Source: Malacoraja senta (lineage: Eukaryota). Taken from it: a stretch of 64,000 nt of DNA. The DNA lies in NCBI GenBank assembly GCA_038087875.1, contig JAXLNO010000617.1, forward strand, positions 1-64,000, given 5' to 3'. The position numbers and the translations under genes were made by a program. The notes under the pieces were generated by a model. That model saw only the letters and a list, made by a program, of their open reading frames with translations, was not told where the DNA came from and made no database searches. This document shows positions 38,246-50,715 of the stretch, piece after piece; within the stretch, counting starts at the first letter, position 1, and each line of letters begins with the position of its first letter.

Positions 38246-38695
38246 TTGTTTGGATGGCTGGAGAGCATGTTGGGGGGTTGGGGAGCATGGCTGGTTAAAA
38301 TTGGTCTGACCATTGGGGTCATACTACTTGCAGTGGCAATCATGTTGTGCTGTGTTTTCCCCTGTATTAAGTCTCTCCTGATGAAAGCTACTGTGAAGCA
38401 ACTGCCAATGATAATGGGTGCAGACGAATCCGGCCCTAAAGGAAAATGGACCTTGGTGAAAGAATACTACTACGATGGAGAAGAAGTGTTGGGAAAAAGT
38501 TTTAAAATGAAGTCTATAAGGGAAGCTGGATCATATTTCCCGCCTCACGTAATGGGGGTGGGTTTTTGGCCCAGTTTCTCAGGGAGTCAGAGAAAGAACG
38601 CTACACAGCATTACATTAACTTAATTAAAAGAGCCTGCATTTTAGGACTCTATGGGTGTTTAGACATGAAGTCTCAAAAGGAGGGAGTTATATAG
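38246..38695 (+). pseudogene. ERV env transmembrane-subunit remnant
   Basis: FGWLESMLGGWGAWLVKIGLTIGVILLAVAIMLCCVFPCIKSLL; decayed CX6CC region upstream (GVCVLFGEQ..TFI.NNT). Confidence 0.8.
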
Positions 38696-39217
38696 AAGTT
38701 ATATAGAAATTATATAGAAGAACAATAATTAAAACATTCATCATAGCCAGCAGAGATGTAATCAGACATCAGGTTATTGTACTCAGACTCACGTGATTGT
38801 TAGTTTTGCAGCATTTATCATTTATCTAGTAATGTTATTAAAACATTTACTAAAGCTCGCAGAGGTCAGCTATTTTATGTGAACAGACGTCATGGCACAA
38901 ATACAAGCTACGTCTTGTTTTTTATTTTGCTTTTGCTAGTACACCATGGTAGACTCAGAGATTAAAGTTAAAGAGCAAGGACATAGTGATAGATTAGAGT
39001 TATAGAAGCAAGCATACCAAGTAACCGCAGATAAGGTTGAAAGAGTGCAATATAATGGTTCTTGTTTCTGTAGATCAGAGAGCAATTAGAGAGCGGACAG
39101 GTGGTGTCATTCTGAATGTTCCAGCCGAATATTTGCAAACAAAGGCTTTTCGTCTTCTTGAAGAATTCTCCGTGTCTGTGTCATCTTATCCAAACTTTGA
39201 GTCTTAAAACCACGACA
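38689..39217 (+). repeat. ERV 3' LTR (~530 bp)
   Basis: Follows the polypurine tract; ends ...ccacgaCA immediately before GGGT and resumed host intron. Confidence 0.7.
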
Positions 39218-39281
39218 GGGTTTACACGGACAATGATAATTAATGCAAGGTGATTGTGACCGGCGAAGAGAAAGCACTTAC

Positions 39282-39369
39282 TCTGTGTGGAAACTGGTCG
39301 AAGCAGGAAAACAAAGAAACCGAACATCAAACCAATTGGCAAACTGCTGCAGAGAAACCTCGGCCTCAT
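39282..39369 (-). CDS. Gene A leader (signal peptide) exon MRPRFLCSSLPIGLMFGFFVFLLRPVSTQ
   Basis: Phase-1 donor A|GTAAGT; conserved in gene B; alternative in-frame ATG at 39378; upstream acceptor implies a 5'UTR exon. Confidence 0.85.
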
Positions 39370-39819
39370 TGTGTACATTCTCTGTTTGGAAATAAGGTGC
39401 AGTTTTAGACTACGGATCAGTATATTGGTAGTTGGCAAATGTTGTATTGAGTACACCCAGTTTGAAACTCCTGACCCCGGGGCACTTTAGAATTGGCCGC
39501 ACACAATTACACGGGGAAAATACATTCGCTCGGTGGACTCTGCCGCTAGAATATTGTCACTTCAGTAATCTGGGATTTCACCACCATATTCAACCGCTAT
39601 CGGTTTGCCTTGTTCCAAATCACTCATCTGAACTCCGCCTTTTTTAATGTATGACTCAATTACCCCCACCACTCGGTAAAATATTCTCAACTAAATCAGA
39701 CCTCGTTAGTGAGTCAATGAACAGAGAAGGCAACAGAATGACAAGGGACATTCAATATTCTCAAACGTTCCCAGGACGTTGTCAGCGAAACGGGAAAAAA
39801 GTATTCAATTTAGGTTGAC

Positions 39820-41670
39820 TAGGAAACGGAGACGAGGAAACACTTTTTCTCACAGAGAGTTGTGAGTGTGCGGAATTCTCTGCCTCAGAGGGCAGTGGAG
39901 GCCGGTTCTCTGGATACTTTCAAGAGAGAGTTAGATAGGGCTCTTAAAGATAACGGTCAGGGGATATGGGGAGAAGGGAGGAACGGGGTACTGAATGGGG
40001 AAGATCAGCCCTGATCACATTGAATTGGGTGTTGGGTAAATTGAATGGATTAAAGGCCGAGAAATCACCAGGGCCAGATAGGCTGCATCCCATAATACTT
40101 AAGGAAGTAGCTCCAGAAATAGTGGATGCATTTGTGATAATTTTTCAAAACTCTTTAGATTCTGGAGTAGTTCCTGAGGATTGGAGGGTAGCAAACGTAA
40201 CCCCACTTTTTTTAAGAAGGGAGGGAGAGAGAAAATGGGGAATTACAGACCAGTGAGTCTAACATCGGTAGTAGGGAAACTGCTAGAGTCAGTTATTAAA
40301 GATGGGATAGCAGCACATTTGGAAAGTGGTGAAATCATTGGACAAAGTCAGCATGGATTCACGAAAGGTAAATCGTGTCTGACGAATCTTATAGGATTTT
40401 TCGAGTATGTAACTAGTTGAGTGGATAGGGGAGAACCAGTGGATGTGTTGTATCTGGACTTTCAGAAGGCTTTCGACAAGGTACCACATAAGAGATTAGG
40501 ATACAAACTTAAATCACACGGTATTGGGGGTTCAGTATTGATGTGGATAGAGAACTGGCTGGCAAACAGGAAGCAAAGAGTAGGAATAAACGGGTCCTTT
40601 TCACAATGGCAGGCAGTGACTAGTGGGGTACCGCAAGGCTCAGTGCTGGGACCCCAGCTATTTACAATTTATATTAATGATCTGGACGAGGGAATTGAAA
40701 GCAACACCTCCAAGTTTGCGGATGACACTAAGCTGGGGGGCAGTGTTAGCTGTGAGGAGGATGCTAGGAGACTGCAAGGTGACTTGGATAGGCTGGGTAA
40801 GTGGGCAAATGTTTGGCAGATGCAGTATAATGTGGATAAATGTGAGGTTATCCACTTTGGTGGCAAAAACTGGAAGGCAGACTATTATCTAAATGATGGC
40901 CGATTAGGAAATGGGGAGATGCAGCGAGACCTGGGTGTCATGGTACACCAGTCATTGAAAGTAGGCATGCAGGTGCAGCAGGCAGTGAAGAAAGCGAATG
41001 GTATGTTGGGCTTCATAGCAAGAGGATTTGAGTATAGGAGCAGGGAGGTTCTACTGCAGTTGTACAGGGTCTTGGTGAGATCACACCTGGAGTATTGCGT
41101 ACAGTTTTGGTCTCCAAATCTGAGGAAGGACATTATAGCCATTATAGGGAGTGCAGAGAAGGTTCACCAGACGGATTCCTGGGATGTCAGGACTTTCATA
41201 TGAAGAAAAACTGGATAGACTTGGCTTATACTCGCTAGAATTTAGGAGATTGAGAGGGGATCTTATAGAAACGCACAAAATTCTTATGGGGTTGGACAGG
41301 CTAGATGCAGGAAGATTGTTCCCGATGTTGGGGAAGTCCAGGACAAGGGGTCACAGCTTAAGGATAAGGGGGAAATCCTTTAAGACCGAGATGAGGAAAA
41401 ACTTTTTCACACAGAGAGTGGTGAATCTCTGTAACTCTCTACCACAGAGGGTAGTTGAGGCCAGTTCATTGGCTATATTTAAGAGGGAGTTAGATGTGGC
41501 CCTTGTGGCTAAGGGGATCAGGGGTTATGGAGAGAAAGCAGGTACGGGATACTGAGTTGGATGATCATCCATGATCATATTGAATGGCGGTGCAGGCTCG
41601 AAGGGCCGAATGGCCTACTTCTGCACCTATTTTCTATGTATCTAATAGCCTACTCCTGCACCTATTGTCT
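39820..41670 (+). mobile_element. CR1 LINE ORF2 (RT) 3' portion with frameshifts
   Basis: ORFs 39966-41555: KSPGPD, LYLDFQKAFDKVPH, GVPQGSVLGP, KFADDTKL, TRGHSLRI. Confidence 0.93.
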
Positions 41671-42109
41671 ATTGAAACCAGTGGGAAACTGGCATATGAT
41701 GGTCATTTAGCTGTGAGAATCAAAGGAGTCAAAACGAAATTAATAACGTCTGTATGCCCTTGTCAAATCTAAAGTGGAACAAACTGATTGAATGAGTGAT
41801 AAATTACAGTTTACAGGACATCCAACATTGTTCAGTTTGTGGATACCTTTTAAACCACTCTTTGACATGAAGTGAGACTGCAGTGAGGACGCCTTGTGAG
41901 AAGAGACTGATGGTGAACGAGTACAGAGACTGAGCAACAAAGCTCCAAGCACGGAGACACACTGAGATTCACAGTCTCACACAGTTTCTTTGGAAGGGAA
42001 ACACCCTTCCTCTTTCTTTCCAGCTCAGGATTCAGACACCATTTGTGTTGATAATGTTTGCCTCAGATTAGAAATCATCTTGTAAAAGCTAATTTTGGCA
42101 AACCAAATC

Positions 42110-42119
42110 GGGAATTTCC
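42110..42119. promoter_or_regulatory. Consensus NF-kB site GGGAATTTCC upstream of gene A
   Basis: Exact GGGRNWYYCC match; the homologous position in the duplicate block is GGGACTTTAC (43991-44000). Confidence 0.35.
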
Positions 42120-44169
42120 TGAGGTCACAAATATATTGGATAAGTTTAGATTTGGAACTTCCTTATATTAAATGCTATTAGTGGGTGGCAAATATCTAAG
42201 ATAATGGCAAACGAGGGAATCTGCTGTTTTGTAACGAAGGGAACATGGTCAATATTCACGCCTTGCAGCGATGTTAAAGCTTTAGCACAAGTTCAAGTGA
42301 GTTTATTGTCATGTGTCCCTGATAGGACAATGAAATTCTTGCTTCAGCACAACAGAACATAGTAGGCATTGACTACAAAACAGATCAGTGTGTCCATATA
42401 CCATTATATGTCCATATACCATTATAGCTGGTCCTGCAGTTTAAATCTATATCCAAATGTATCAGATCACGGTGGGTTTAGGGGGTTACAAATGAGGTGC
42501 ATTTGATAATCAGGATCATACGTTATTTTCAAACTTAGTACAATATTGAATGGAAATTTTCTCCCGAGCTTTTAATTTCACTCAAGGAGGAACCTCCAGC
42601 CAATATTTTCATTTGCATCCAAATTGTTCCTGCATCTTGCCGTGTTCTCCAAGTTCAACCTCACCGAGTGCACCAAGACCTTCACAGCCTCTGAGAATAA
42701 CCCGCATAACCACCTTGCATTTCTCTAAAACAAATGTCACCATTTGAAGTGGTGATGATCTATAAAATCATACTGAAGAATGTTTGATCGTCGTGTGATC
42801 TTGAACGGAACAGGAGCACTAAATAATTTGCAAAGGAAATGCTGCAGTAAATTGCTAGTTGGCAAGTGTTGTATTGAGCACAGCCACTTTGAAAACCCTG
42901 GGCCCGGACCATTTGAGAATTAACCACACACAATTACACAGGGAAAGACCATTCCTCTGTGGAATCTGCCACTGGAATATTGTCACTGCTGTAATCTGGG
43001 ATTTCACAACCACATTCAGTCGGTTTGCCTTGACTGAAACGACTCATCTGTACGCCGACATTTTCATTCTTGACCCACTTACTTCCTGCTTCTCGGTAGA
43101 ATGGTTTCAACTCATTTGTACCTCACTAGTCAGACAATTAATTGAGTAGGCAACAGAACGGCGAGGACGTTGAACATCATCAATCAGTCCCAGAGGATTG
43201 CCGGAGAAATGGGAAAAATAAAATCCACATTAGCATGGATACATTAGATTGACCAGGCAACAAAGAAGAAAGCCCAAATGGGTAAAATGGCAGATGCTGG
43301 TAATTTAGCTTCATTAAGTTTCTAGTGGAAACAATGGAGACAAAAATACATTGATAAAGTTTCGTGTTGGAAGGAACTACAGATGCTGCTTGATACCGAA
43401 TATAGACACTAAAGTAACTGGGCGGGAGTAACTGGGCGGGACAGGCAGCATCTCTGGAGAGAAGAAATGGTTGACGTTTCGGGTCGAAGAAGTCTGGGTC
43501 TGAAGAAGGGTCTCCACCCGAAACGTCACCCATTCTTTCTCTCCAGAGATGCTGCCTGTCCCGCTGAGTTACTCCAGCATTTTGTGTCTCTCTTCATTAT
43601 TCATTAAGTTTCAATGTCCTTGTAAAATCTAAAGCAGAACAGGCTGTAAGAGTCTAATAAATGGTTGTAGGAGTGGAATATCACACGTTAGAAATTATTG
43701 AACACGGAGTTCCATTTCTAGATCCCATTTAAACCACGCCTTTACCTGAAGTGAACCTGTAGTAAGGTCGCCTACCTTGTGGGAAGGGACTGGTGAACGA
43801 GTCCAGAGACTTGGGCAGCAAAGCTCCAAGCACGGCGACACACTGAGTTCCCCAGTCTCACTCTGTGTCTTATGAAACTACAGGACCTCCCTCTTCCTCT
43901 CCTGCTCATGGTTCAGACATCACTTCTGTTGAAAGCGTTTGTGTCAGCCTAAAACCCATCTTGTAAAACCTTATTTTGGCAAAGGAAAATGGGACTTTAC
44001 TGAGCTGAAACATGCATTGGATGTGTTGAGACATGGAACCTCATCTTTCTAAAGGTTATTGGAGGATAACAAATGTCAAGGGCATTGGGGAATGAGAGTA
44101 TCTATTGTTTTGTAATGATGAATAGGTGTCAATCTTCTTGCATCTGTAGTGATGTTCTGATTGAGTTTA

Positions 44170-44432
44170 GTTTTGAGACACAGCATGGAAACTTGCCCAT
44201 CAGCCCTCCGTCCACGCCGACCACTGGTCACCCGTTCACGCTCGTTCTGTTATCTCACTTTCCCGTCCGCTCCCTACACACTACAGGCAATTTATGGAGG
44301 TCAAGTAACCTACAACCCCACTCATTCGTGGCCACAGGGAGCGTGCTATCTCCACCCAGAGACCACCCGATGTCAGGAATGAACCCTTGTCTCCGGCTCT
44401 GTGAGGCAGCAGCTCTAACATCTGTGCCACTG
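44170..44432 (-). mobile_element. HE1-like SINE, decayed
   Basis: ctgtgaggcagcagctcta...ctgtgccactgtg is the reverse-complement SINE head. Confidence 0.65.
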
Positions 44433-45570
44433 TGATTTGGGTGGTTTGGCAGTTTAAAACAATGTGAGTTTTGGGTTGAGGAGAACACAAACGAGCAGAT
44501 GTGATAATAAAAATGCTGTATTTACTCAGTTATTCCAATGTTGAGTGTAATTATCTCCTGAGTTTCTCACAAGCTAAACCCACCAGTCACCATCCTCATG
44601 ATCATCCAATTTCTTCTGCAACGTTCAGTTTTCTCTAAATCAAACCGCACAGTTTGCACCAAGACCTTCACAACCTCTGGGAATAAATCACGTCCCTTCC
44701 AGTTCAATTCAGTTTAGTTCAGTGTCACGTTTCTGAGGTAAAGAGAAAAGCTTTTGCCGAGTGCTAACCAGTCTGGAGAAAGACAAGTATAATGAATGCT
44801 ATTCACAACTGAAGTTAGAATAGTTTCCAGTAACACATATTCAAGCAGATGACTGTGTGATGTTTGAAATGTCTATGATAATGGCAAATGACAGAATCTG
44901 TTGTTTTGTCATAAATGGAACGGTCAATATTCTTGCCTATTCATGCCGTAGTTGGTCCGATAGTTCAAACCAATATTCATTGCATCAGATCATGGTGGAG
45001 GTTGGACTTAGGAGATCACCAATGAGCTGCATATGATAATCAAGCTACTACAATTTTTCAGAGTAAGTCCAATATTGAGAGCAATTTTCTCCTCCGTTCT
45101 GAATTTCACTCAAGGTAGAACCTCCAGCAAACATTTTCACAATCACAAGTTTTTCCCATGTCATTTGGTGTTCTCCAAGCCCAACCTCACAGAGTTGCAC
45201 CAAGATCTTTACAGCCTAGAGATATAGACACGAGAGATACATTGTGTTCCAGGTGTACACTGGCCCTATCCCCGAACTCTATCCCCATTACATTGATGAC
45301 TGCATCAGTGCTAGAAAATATATCCACAATATGCAAGCACAATCCATACCCAGAATTGCTTGGTCAAGTTAGTGGAGTGGCACAAATTGACCCAGTTATT
45401 CACCATCATAACTTGGAAATACATTGCTGATCCTTCGTTATTTGTGGGGCCTACTCCTATCATTTACGTCATTTACTAAACACCTCATTTACTAAACACG
45501 TCATTTACTAAACACTCGAAATTTAGTTGAGATAAAAAAGAGAAATAAAACAGCCCAGAGCTTAGAATAG

Positions 45571-45714
45571 ACAAATCATTGTGGTTAAACTGCAAGATAG
45601 CTCTTCATGCAGCCTTGACCATTGCTCTGAACGATTCAGGACCTGATGCAAAATTCAGAGCAATGGTCAAGGCTGCAGGAAGAGCTGTCTTGCAATTTAA
45701 CCACAATGATTTGT
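45571..45714. repeat. Long hairpin: 61-bp arms (58/61 complementary), 22-nt loop
   Basis: Arms 45571-45631 and 45654-45714 compared directly. Confidence 0.9.
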
Positions 45715-48109
45715 TTTTTCAACCACAATTATTTGCTTCCTGTTTTTTATCTGACTAAATTTCACAATTTGTAAATAAACATCAGAAGTGTGAAGGACAA
45801 AGACAATATCAAACCATCCCAAAACCTATTGAAACATGCAAAAGAGAATCAGGGGTGGATTATTTGTCACTTTGAGCCTGTTCAATCATTCCAAACAATC
45901 TCATATTCCAATTCTCTCCCGATAAATGTTGATGCATTTTATGTCAAATAAATCTATCCCCTACTTAACAGGATTCAGTGACCTGCCATCTACCATTTTC
46001 TGTGGGGTGAATTTCAATGGCTCACCATATTCACAATGAAGAAATGTCTCAGCCCTAAATGTTTCACCCCTTATCTTGCGTCCAAAACCCCTTGTTCCGG
46101 ATCCTACAGTCACTGGAAATATCTTTATGTATCAAGTCTGTCTAGCTCTGCTTTGAATGTTGTTGAAGTTAGAGAGGTCATGTTTAAATCTTCCAAACTC
46201 CAGTGACTACTGGCTCACTCAGCTCCTCCTCTCCTTACACATTAGTCCTGTCATTCCAGGAATCAGTCTGGTCAGCCTTGGCTGCATTACATCTGTGGCT
46301 GAAAACTCTTTCTCCGGTAAGGAGAGCACAAAGACATGTTTGGAAAGACATGGGCCAGGCACAGCCAATTGTGATGGGGCCAGTTGGACATCTTGGTCAG
46401 CATGTGTGCGTTGGGTCGATGTGTCTATTTCCATGCTCTGCAGCTCTTTGACTCTCTGCTGCATCTGTGTATATTTGGCAAGTAACTCAACTGACTGACA
46501 TCACCCGGAAACCTCTTTGCTTCCTCTTTGCTTCTCCTACTTACTCTCATTTTCATGTCATCAAACTTAGAAATATTAAATTTGTTTCCTTGTCAATACC
46601 ATTGATGAACATTGAAAATAACGGACTCAAGAACGGGATTGATTCTGGATCATTCATCACCAACTGCCACCCTAACGAAGTCTTCTCTCTGTTTCCTGTC
46701 TGCCAAATAATTTTCAATTCATGCCTGTTTAATATTGTCTAATCCACATATTAAAAAATTCAAAGACCTTCTAAAAATTTGACACATCCTCTTGTTCTCC
46801 CTAAAAACAAACAAAAACAATCTGCTGGAGGGACTCAGTGGGTCAGGCAGCATCTTTCGAGGAAAATGTGCAGATGACCCTGTATCGTGGCCCTTCTTCA
46901 GTTGCCAATGGTCATCTGTCCATTTACTTCCACAGATGATTCCTGTTCCACAAATTCCCTCCAGCAGTTTGCTCTTTGCTCGTGTTTCCAGAATCTGCAA
47001 ACTCTTGGGTCTCCACGTCTTCTCCCTTATCTATTCTACATGGTACATCACCATCATCTCCAATAGATTTGTTAGCCATGATTTCGCTTACATAAATTCA
47101 AAAAGACATTGTCTTATCGCATAAATTATTTTAAAATATCCAAACACTGTTTTGGAACCTGGAAACACCAAACCAGGTTGGAGATTGAAATTTTTTTTAA
47201 TGAATAAAGAGCAGTCATTTAGTAGAGAGAAACACCACTATTTTATTTTTTAATCAGTGGAAAGTAGCAAAAATAATGTTAAAAATTATGCTTTTTGGTC
47301 AAGACACCAACAATGCAATAGTTAGTTACTATCCTTATAATAAATACATCCTCAGCACACATGCCCCAAGTTCTGTTCTCACGTATTAAAAAAATCTCAT
47401 AGTAATAAAAAATTACATAAATAGAAATATACGGAATTACTTTTAAATGTAATGGGTAAATAGAGACGTTGTTTCTGAAGATAACATCAGCGTGAAAGAT
47501 GAAGTATCTGTGTTAGGCCCTGTTTACACTTCTGCTGTGAAACTCAGCAAGTGCCCCAACGGAGACATTTGCACCAGATAAGACAGGTGATGATCCCAGT
47601 GTTTAGAATGTGAGAGTGACGGACAGTGTGAGTTGGAGGGGGAGATGAGATGAATTACGAAGAGAAAGATTCAGGGACTGGGGAAAAATAGCAAAACAGA
47701 GGGTGAGCAGCAATAAAAACGAATTGTATTTCTCTGCAGAATTCACACAATATGGGGGAAATGAGTTGTTAACCCAGATTAAGGAAGGAGCCTGATTAGA
47801 TTTCTTGTCACAATGAGGACGACACTAACTCCTGAGCTGATGATGAGCTGCACTTTGTGATTCCCTCCAGAATTTTTGCTTATAAATCTTTGTTTTTGGA
47901 TATGGGCCTTAGTGCTTAGGCTTCCATTTTTAACCCATGAGGGTGTGACCATCCTTATTTCACCACTGAGGTGTTTAGTAAATTATGTAAATGATAGGAG
48001 TAGGCCCCACAAATAACGAAGGACCACCAACATCGTTCTTGATGTTCCTGTACTGAGGGACAACAAAGTCTATCTTTCTTGGCTAACAACCTAACCTTCA
48101 GCCTCTAAG

Positions 48110-50257
48110 ATGCAGGTACATTTTCTAGCAATGTTACAAAATTTTGAGATATTAAAAATCAAGTCTGCAATTTATCTCATCAGATAAAGCATAAAAAGTT
48201 TAATTTGACGCCTAATGCACTTTCATATCTTCAGTATTAATAAAGTTATGGCCATTTTCATACTCGGAAATTAGTATCTTGTTCCCTATTGCTTTTCCAT
48301 TGACTTAACACAAAAGCTGTGACCGAGGACAGTTAAAAGCCCATAACTTTCTTAAACATTAAGAGAACTGAATGGAATTTTCATTTATTATAGGTTGAAG
48401 CATTCTGAAACAAATATAAAACATCTTACTTGGATGACCTGAAATTAAAGCATATAATTAGTTAATTACCTAATTGTAGCTAATTACAAAATTGACCGTT
48501 GTGACGGAAATAGTAATAAACACCCAGACTGCCTTGAAAATTCAAAAATGTGATATTCTCAAGATCAGAACTTTAATATTATTGTATTATATGCTGTACG
48601 TCTGTAACAGATAGGTAAATACATTACAATTTCTAGCAATAGACAAGGTCTTTATGGAGAAGATCAGTTGCTAGCTGGTACATTGGCATATCATAATCAG
48701 TAGCATCATCATACGCCTCAGATTCTAACCAATAAGCAACTCTGTACACCTTGTTTTTCCTCAACTTTTCCATTTTGGCATTGTAAACTACAAGTTTTTG
48801 CTCTTTAAATCACGCATGACATGCCTTTCTGCCCACTACTTTCCCCATTAAGAATGTCCTGTAGATTCCCTTTCTTAAGAAAAGGATAATTTAAAACAAA
48901 TAGCCTAAGTATCCAAACAACAAACCAATCCCATTCACACAGGAATTCACAATATAACATGATTTTTAAATCTCATTGTCATGAATTTATATGCCAGATG
49001 GAAGGAATTTAATGTTTAATTCCCATAAACTAATCTAGAAACATCCACTCAATATAATCAAAATCTCTGTAGAACCTGCAATGTGGTGTTACATATATAT
49101 TGCAATCAGTGATGGAAATGGGTTTTAGGACTGGGGATACGCTAAGGTCCGTGAGGCTGAGGTTGGGCAGGAAGGGGGGGGGAGGGGAGGGGGTAGTCGC
49201 TATAAGCCCCCCATGATAAATTTTATCTAACACTGATATTGAAGATAGACAAAAGCTGGAGTAGCTCAGCAGGACAGGCAGCGCAGCGACTCTGGAGAGA
49301 AGACCCTTCTTCAGACTGAACTGAACTATTGTCGGTGAGAGTACTTGTGATTGTCTAAAGAAGGGTCTCGACCAGAAACGCAACCCTCTCCCCAGAGCCC
49401 CTGCCCGTCCCGCTGAGCCACCACAGACAGAGAGTTGAAGGTAGACACAGGGGGGTCCACCTTCAACTTCAGAGCCAAACAAAAAACACAGAGTGCTGGA
49501 GGAACTCAGCGGGCAAGGCAGCACCCGCGGAGGGAACAGATCACTGATCAGGAGCCGCCACGGGCCAGGACTCTCCCCCCCCCCCACACCCGAACAGAAA
49601 GGAACCGCAGATGCAGCCGTCACTGCAAAACGTCTAAGAAGGAACTGCAGATGCTGGTAAATCGAAGGTAGACAAAAATGCTGGAGAAACTCAGTGGGTG
49701 AGGCAGCAACTATGTAGCGAAGGAAATAGCCAACGTTTCGGACCAGGTCTGAAGAAGGGTTTCGACCCGAAACGTTGCCTATTTCCTTTGCTCCATAGAT
49801 GCTGCCTCACCCGCTGAGTTTCTCCAACATTTTTGTCTACCGCAAAACGTCAATGATTCCGGGAATGCCGAGAGAGCTGGAGAGAGACGAGATGGGGAGC
49901 GGGAGAGAGAGAGCGCGCGAGAGAGAGAGGGGGGGAGAGAGCGAAAGACAGAGATACACAATGTGGGTCAGTAGGTCCCTGCATTGATAACACATTGTAT
50001 AACTACTTGCTAACTACTGGCTGTTAACAAGTGCTACAATAATAGTTAACAAATCGTTTGTGTCTGACGGCCGTGCAGCGGTTGTTATCCATGTTCGTTT
50101 TGTAAAAAAATCCGTATGGCGAATGTTTAAAAAAAATCATTATTTAACAAAGCGAATATGTATTTCCGTACGAAATACGGAAAATTAACGCGGGGCTCCC
50201 CTTAGGCGCGGGCCCCAATTGGGAGAAATCGGTCCAATCGGCTTAAGGTCGGCCCTG
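48110..50257. mobile_element. Probable hAT-like DNA transposon remnant, one terminus visible (...ttaaggtcggCCCTG), with internal Penelope-type repeats
   Basis: CAGGGCCGACCTTAAG-type terminus on the minus strand abutting a CR1 tail; AT-rich body; other end not identified. Confidence 0.45.
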
Positions 50258-50715
50258 CCCTGACTCTACTATCTTCAAGAGCCCTATCTAGCTCTCTCTT
50301 GAAAGCATCCAGCGAACCGACCTCAACAACCCTCTGAGGCAGAGAATTCCACAGATTCACAACCCTGTGTGAAAAAGTTTTCCCTCATCTCCGTTCCAAA
50401 TGGCTTGCCCCTTATTCTTAAACTGTGGTCTCTGGTTCTGGACTCTCCCAACATGAGGAACAAATGTCCTGCCTCTAGTGTGTCCAAACCCTTAATAATC
50501 TTATATGTTTCAATAAGATACCCTCTCATCCTTCTAAATTCCAGAGTATACAAGACCAGCCGCTCCATTCTCTCAGCATATGACAGTCCCGTCATCCCAG
50601 GAATTAACCTTGTAAACGCACGCTGCACGCCCTCAATAGCAAGAATGTCCTTCATCATATTAAGGGACCAATACAACTGCAGAAGGACCTCTTTGCTTCT
50701 ATACTCAACTCCTCT
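50258..50715 (-). mobile_element. CR1 LINE 3' fragment
   Basis: KDILAIEGVQRAFTRLIPG...RGYLIETYKIIKG. Confidence 0.88.

Larger units (their letters stand above)
32214..39217 (+). mobile_element. Degenerate class-I (ERV1/epsilon-like) endogenous retrovirus lacking the 5' LTR, antisense in gene A intron 1
   Basis: gag remnant with CWGC (~34968); RT QYVDDLLV (~35177); RNaseH AVIKCQAH (~35880); IN QSQGMVERINGTLK (~36160); env TM ORF 38246; PPT aaaaggagggag; GGGT at both flanks. Confidence 0.88.
14879..39369 (-). pseudogene. Gene A: 8-Ig-domain type I receptor (CD4/LAG-3-like V-C2-V-C2 x2, TM, ITSM tail); disabled or dependent on exon skipping
   Basis: Collinear phase-1 GT-AG exons (leader, D1-D8, TM, cytoplasmic); in-frame TGA 27250-27252; D5 frameshift and TG acceptor. 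Confidence 0.8.
39430..45220. repeat. Old tandem duplication of gene A upstream region (39430-39790 + 41745-42720 vs ~42857-45220)
   Basis: Paired blocks, e.g. gttggcaaatgttgtattgag / gttggcaagtgttgtattgag; caaagctccaagcacgg at 41938 and 43819. Confidence 0.75.

Noticed and set aside
38246..38695. Domesticated env gene or a host TM exon
   Set aside because: Ectodomain is deleted or interrupted by CR1 and the CX6CC motif is decayed; antisense to gene A
14879..39369. Naming gene A CD4, LAG3 or LY9
   Set aside because: Eight domains, Cys-less unsplit D1 exon, no spliced CxC or LAG-3 tail motif, and no diagnostic neighbouring genes in the window
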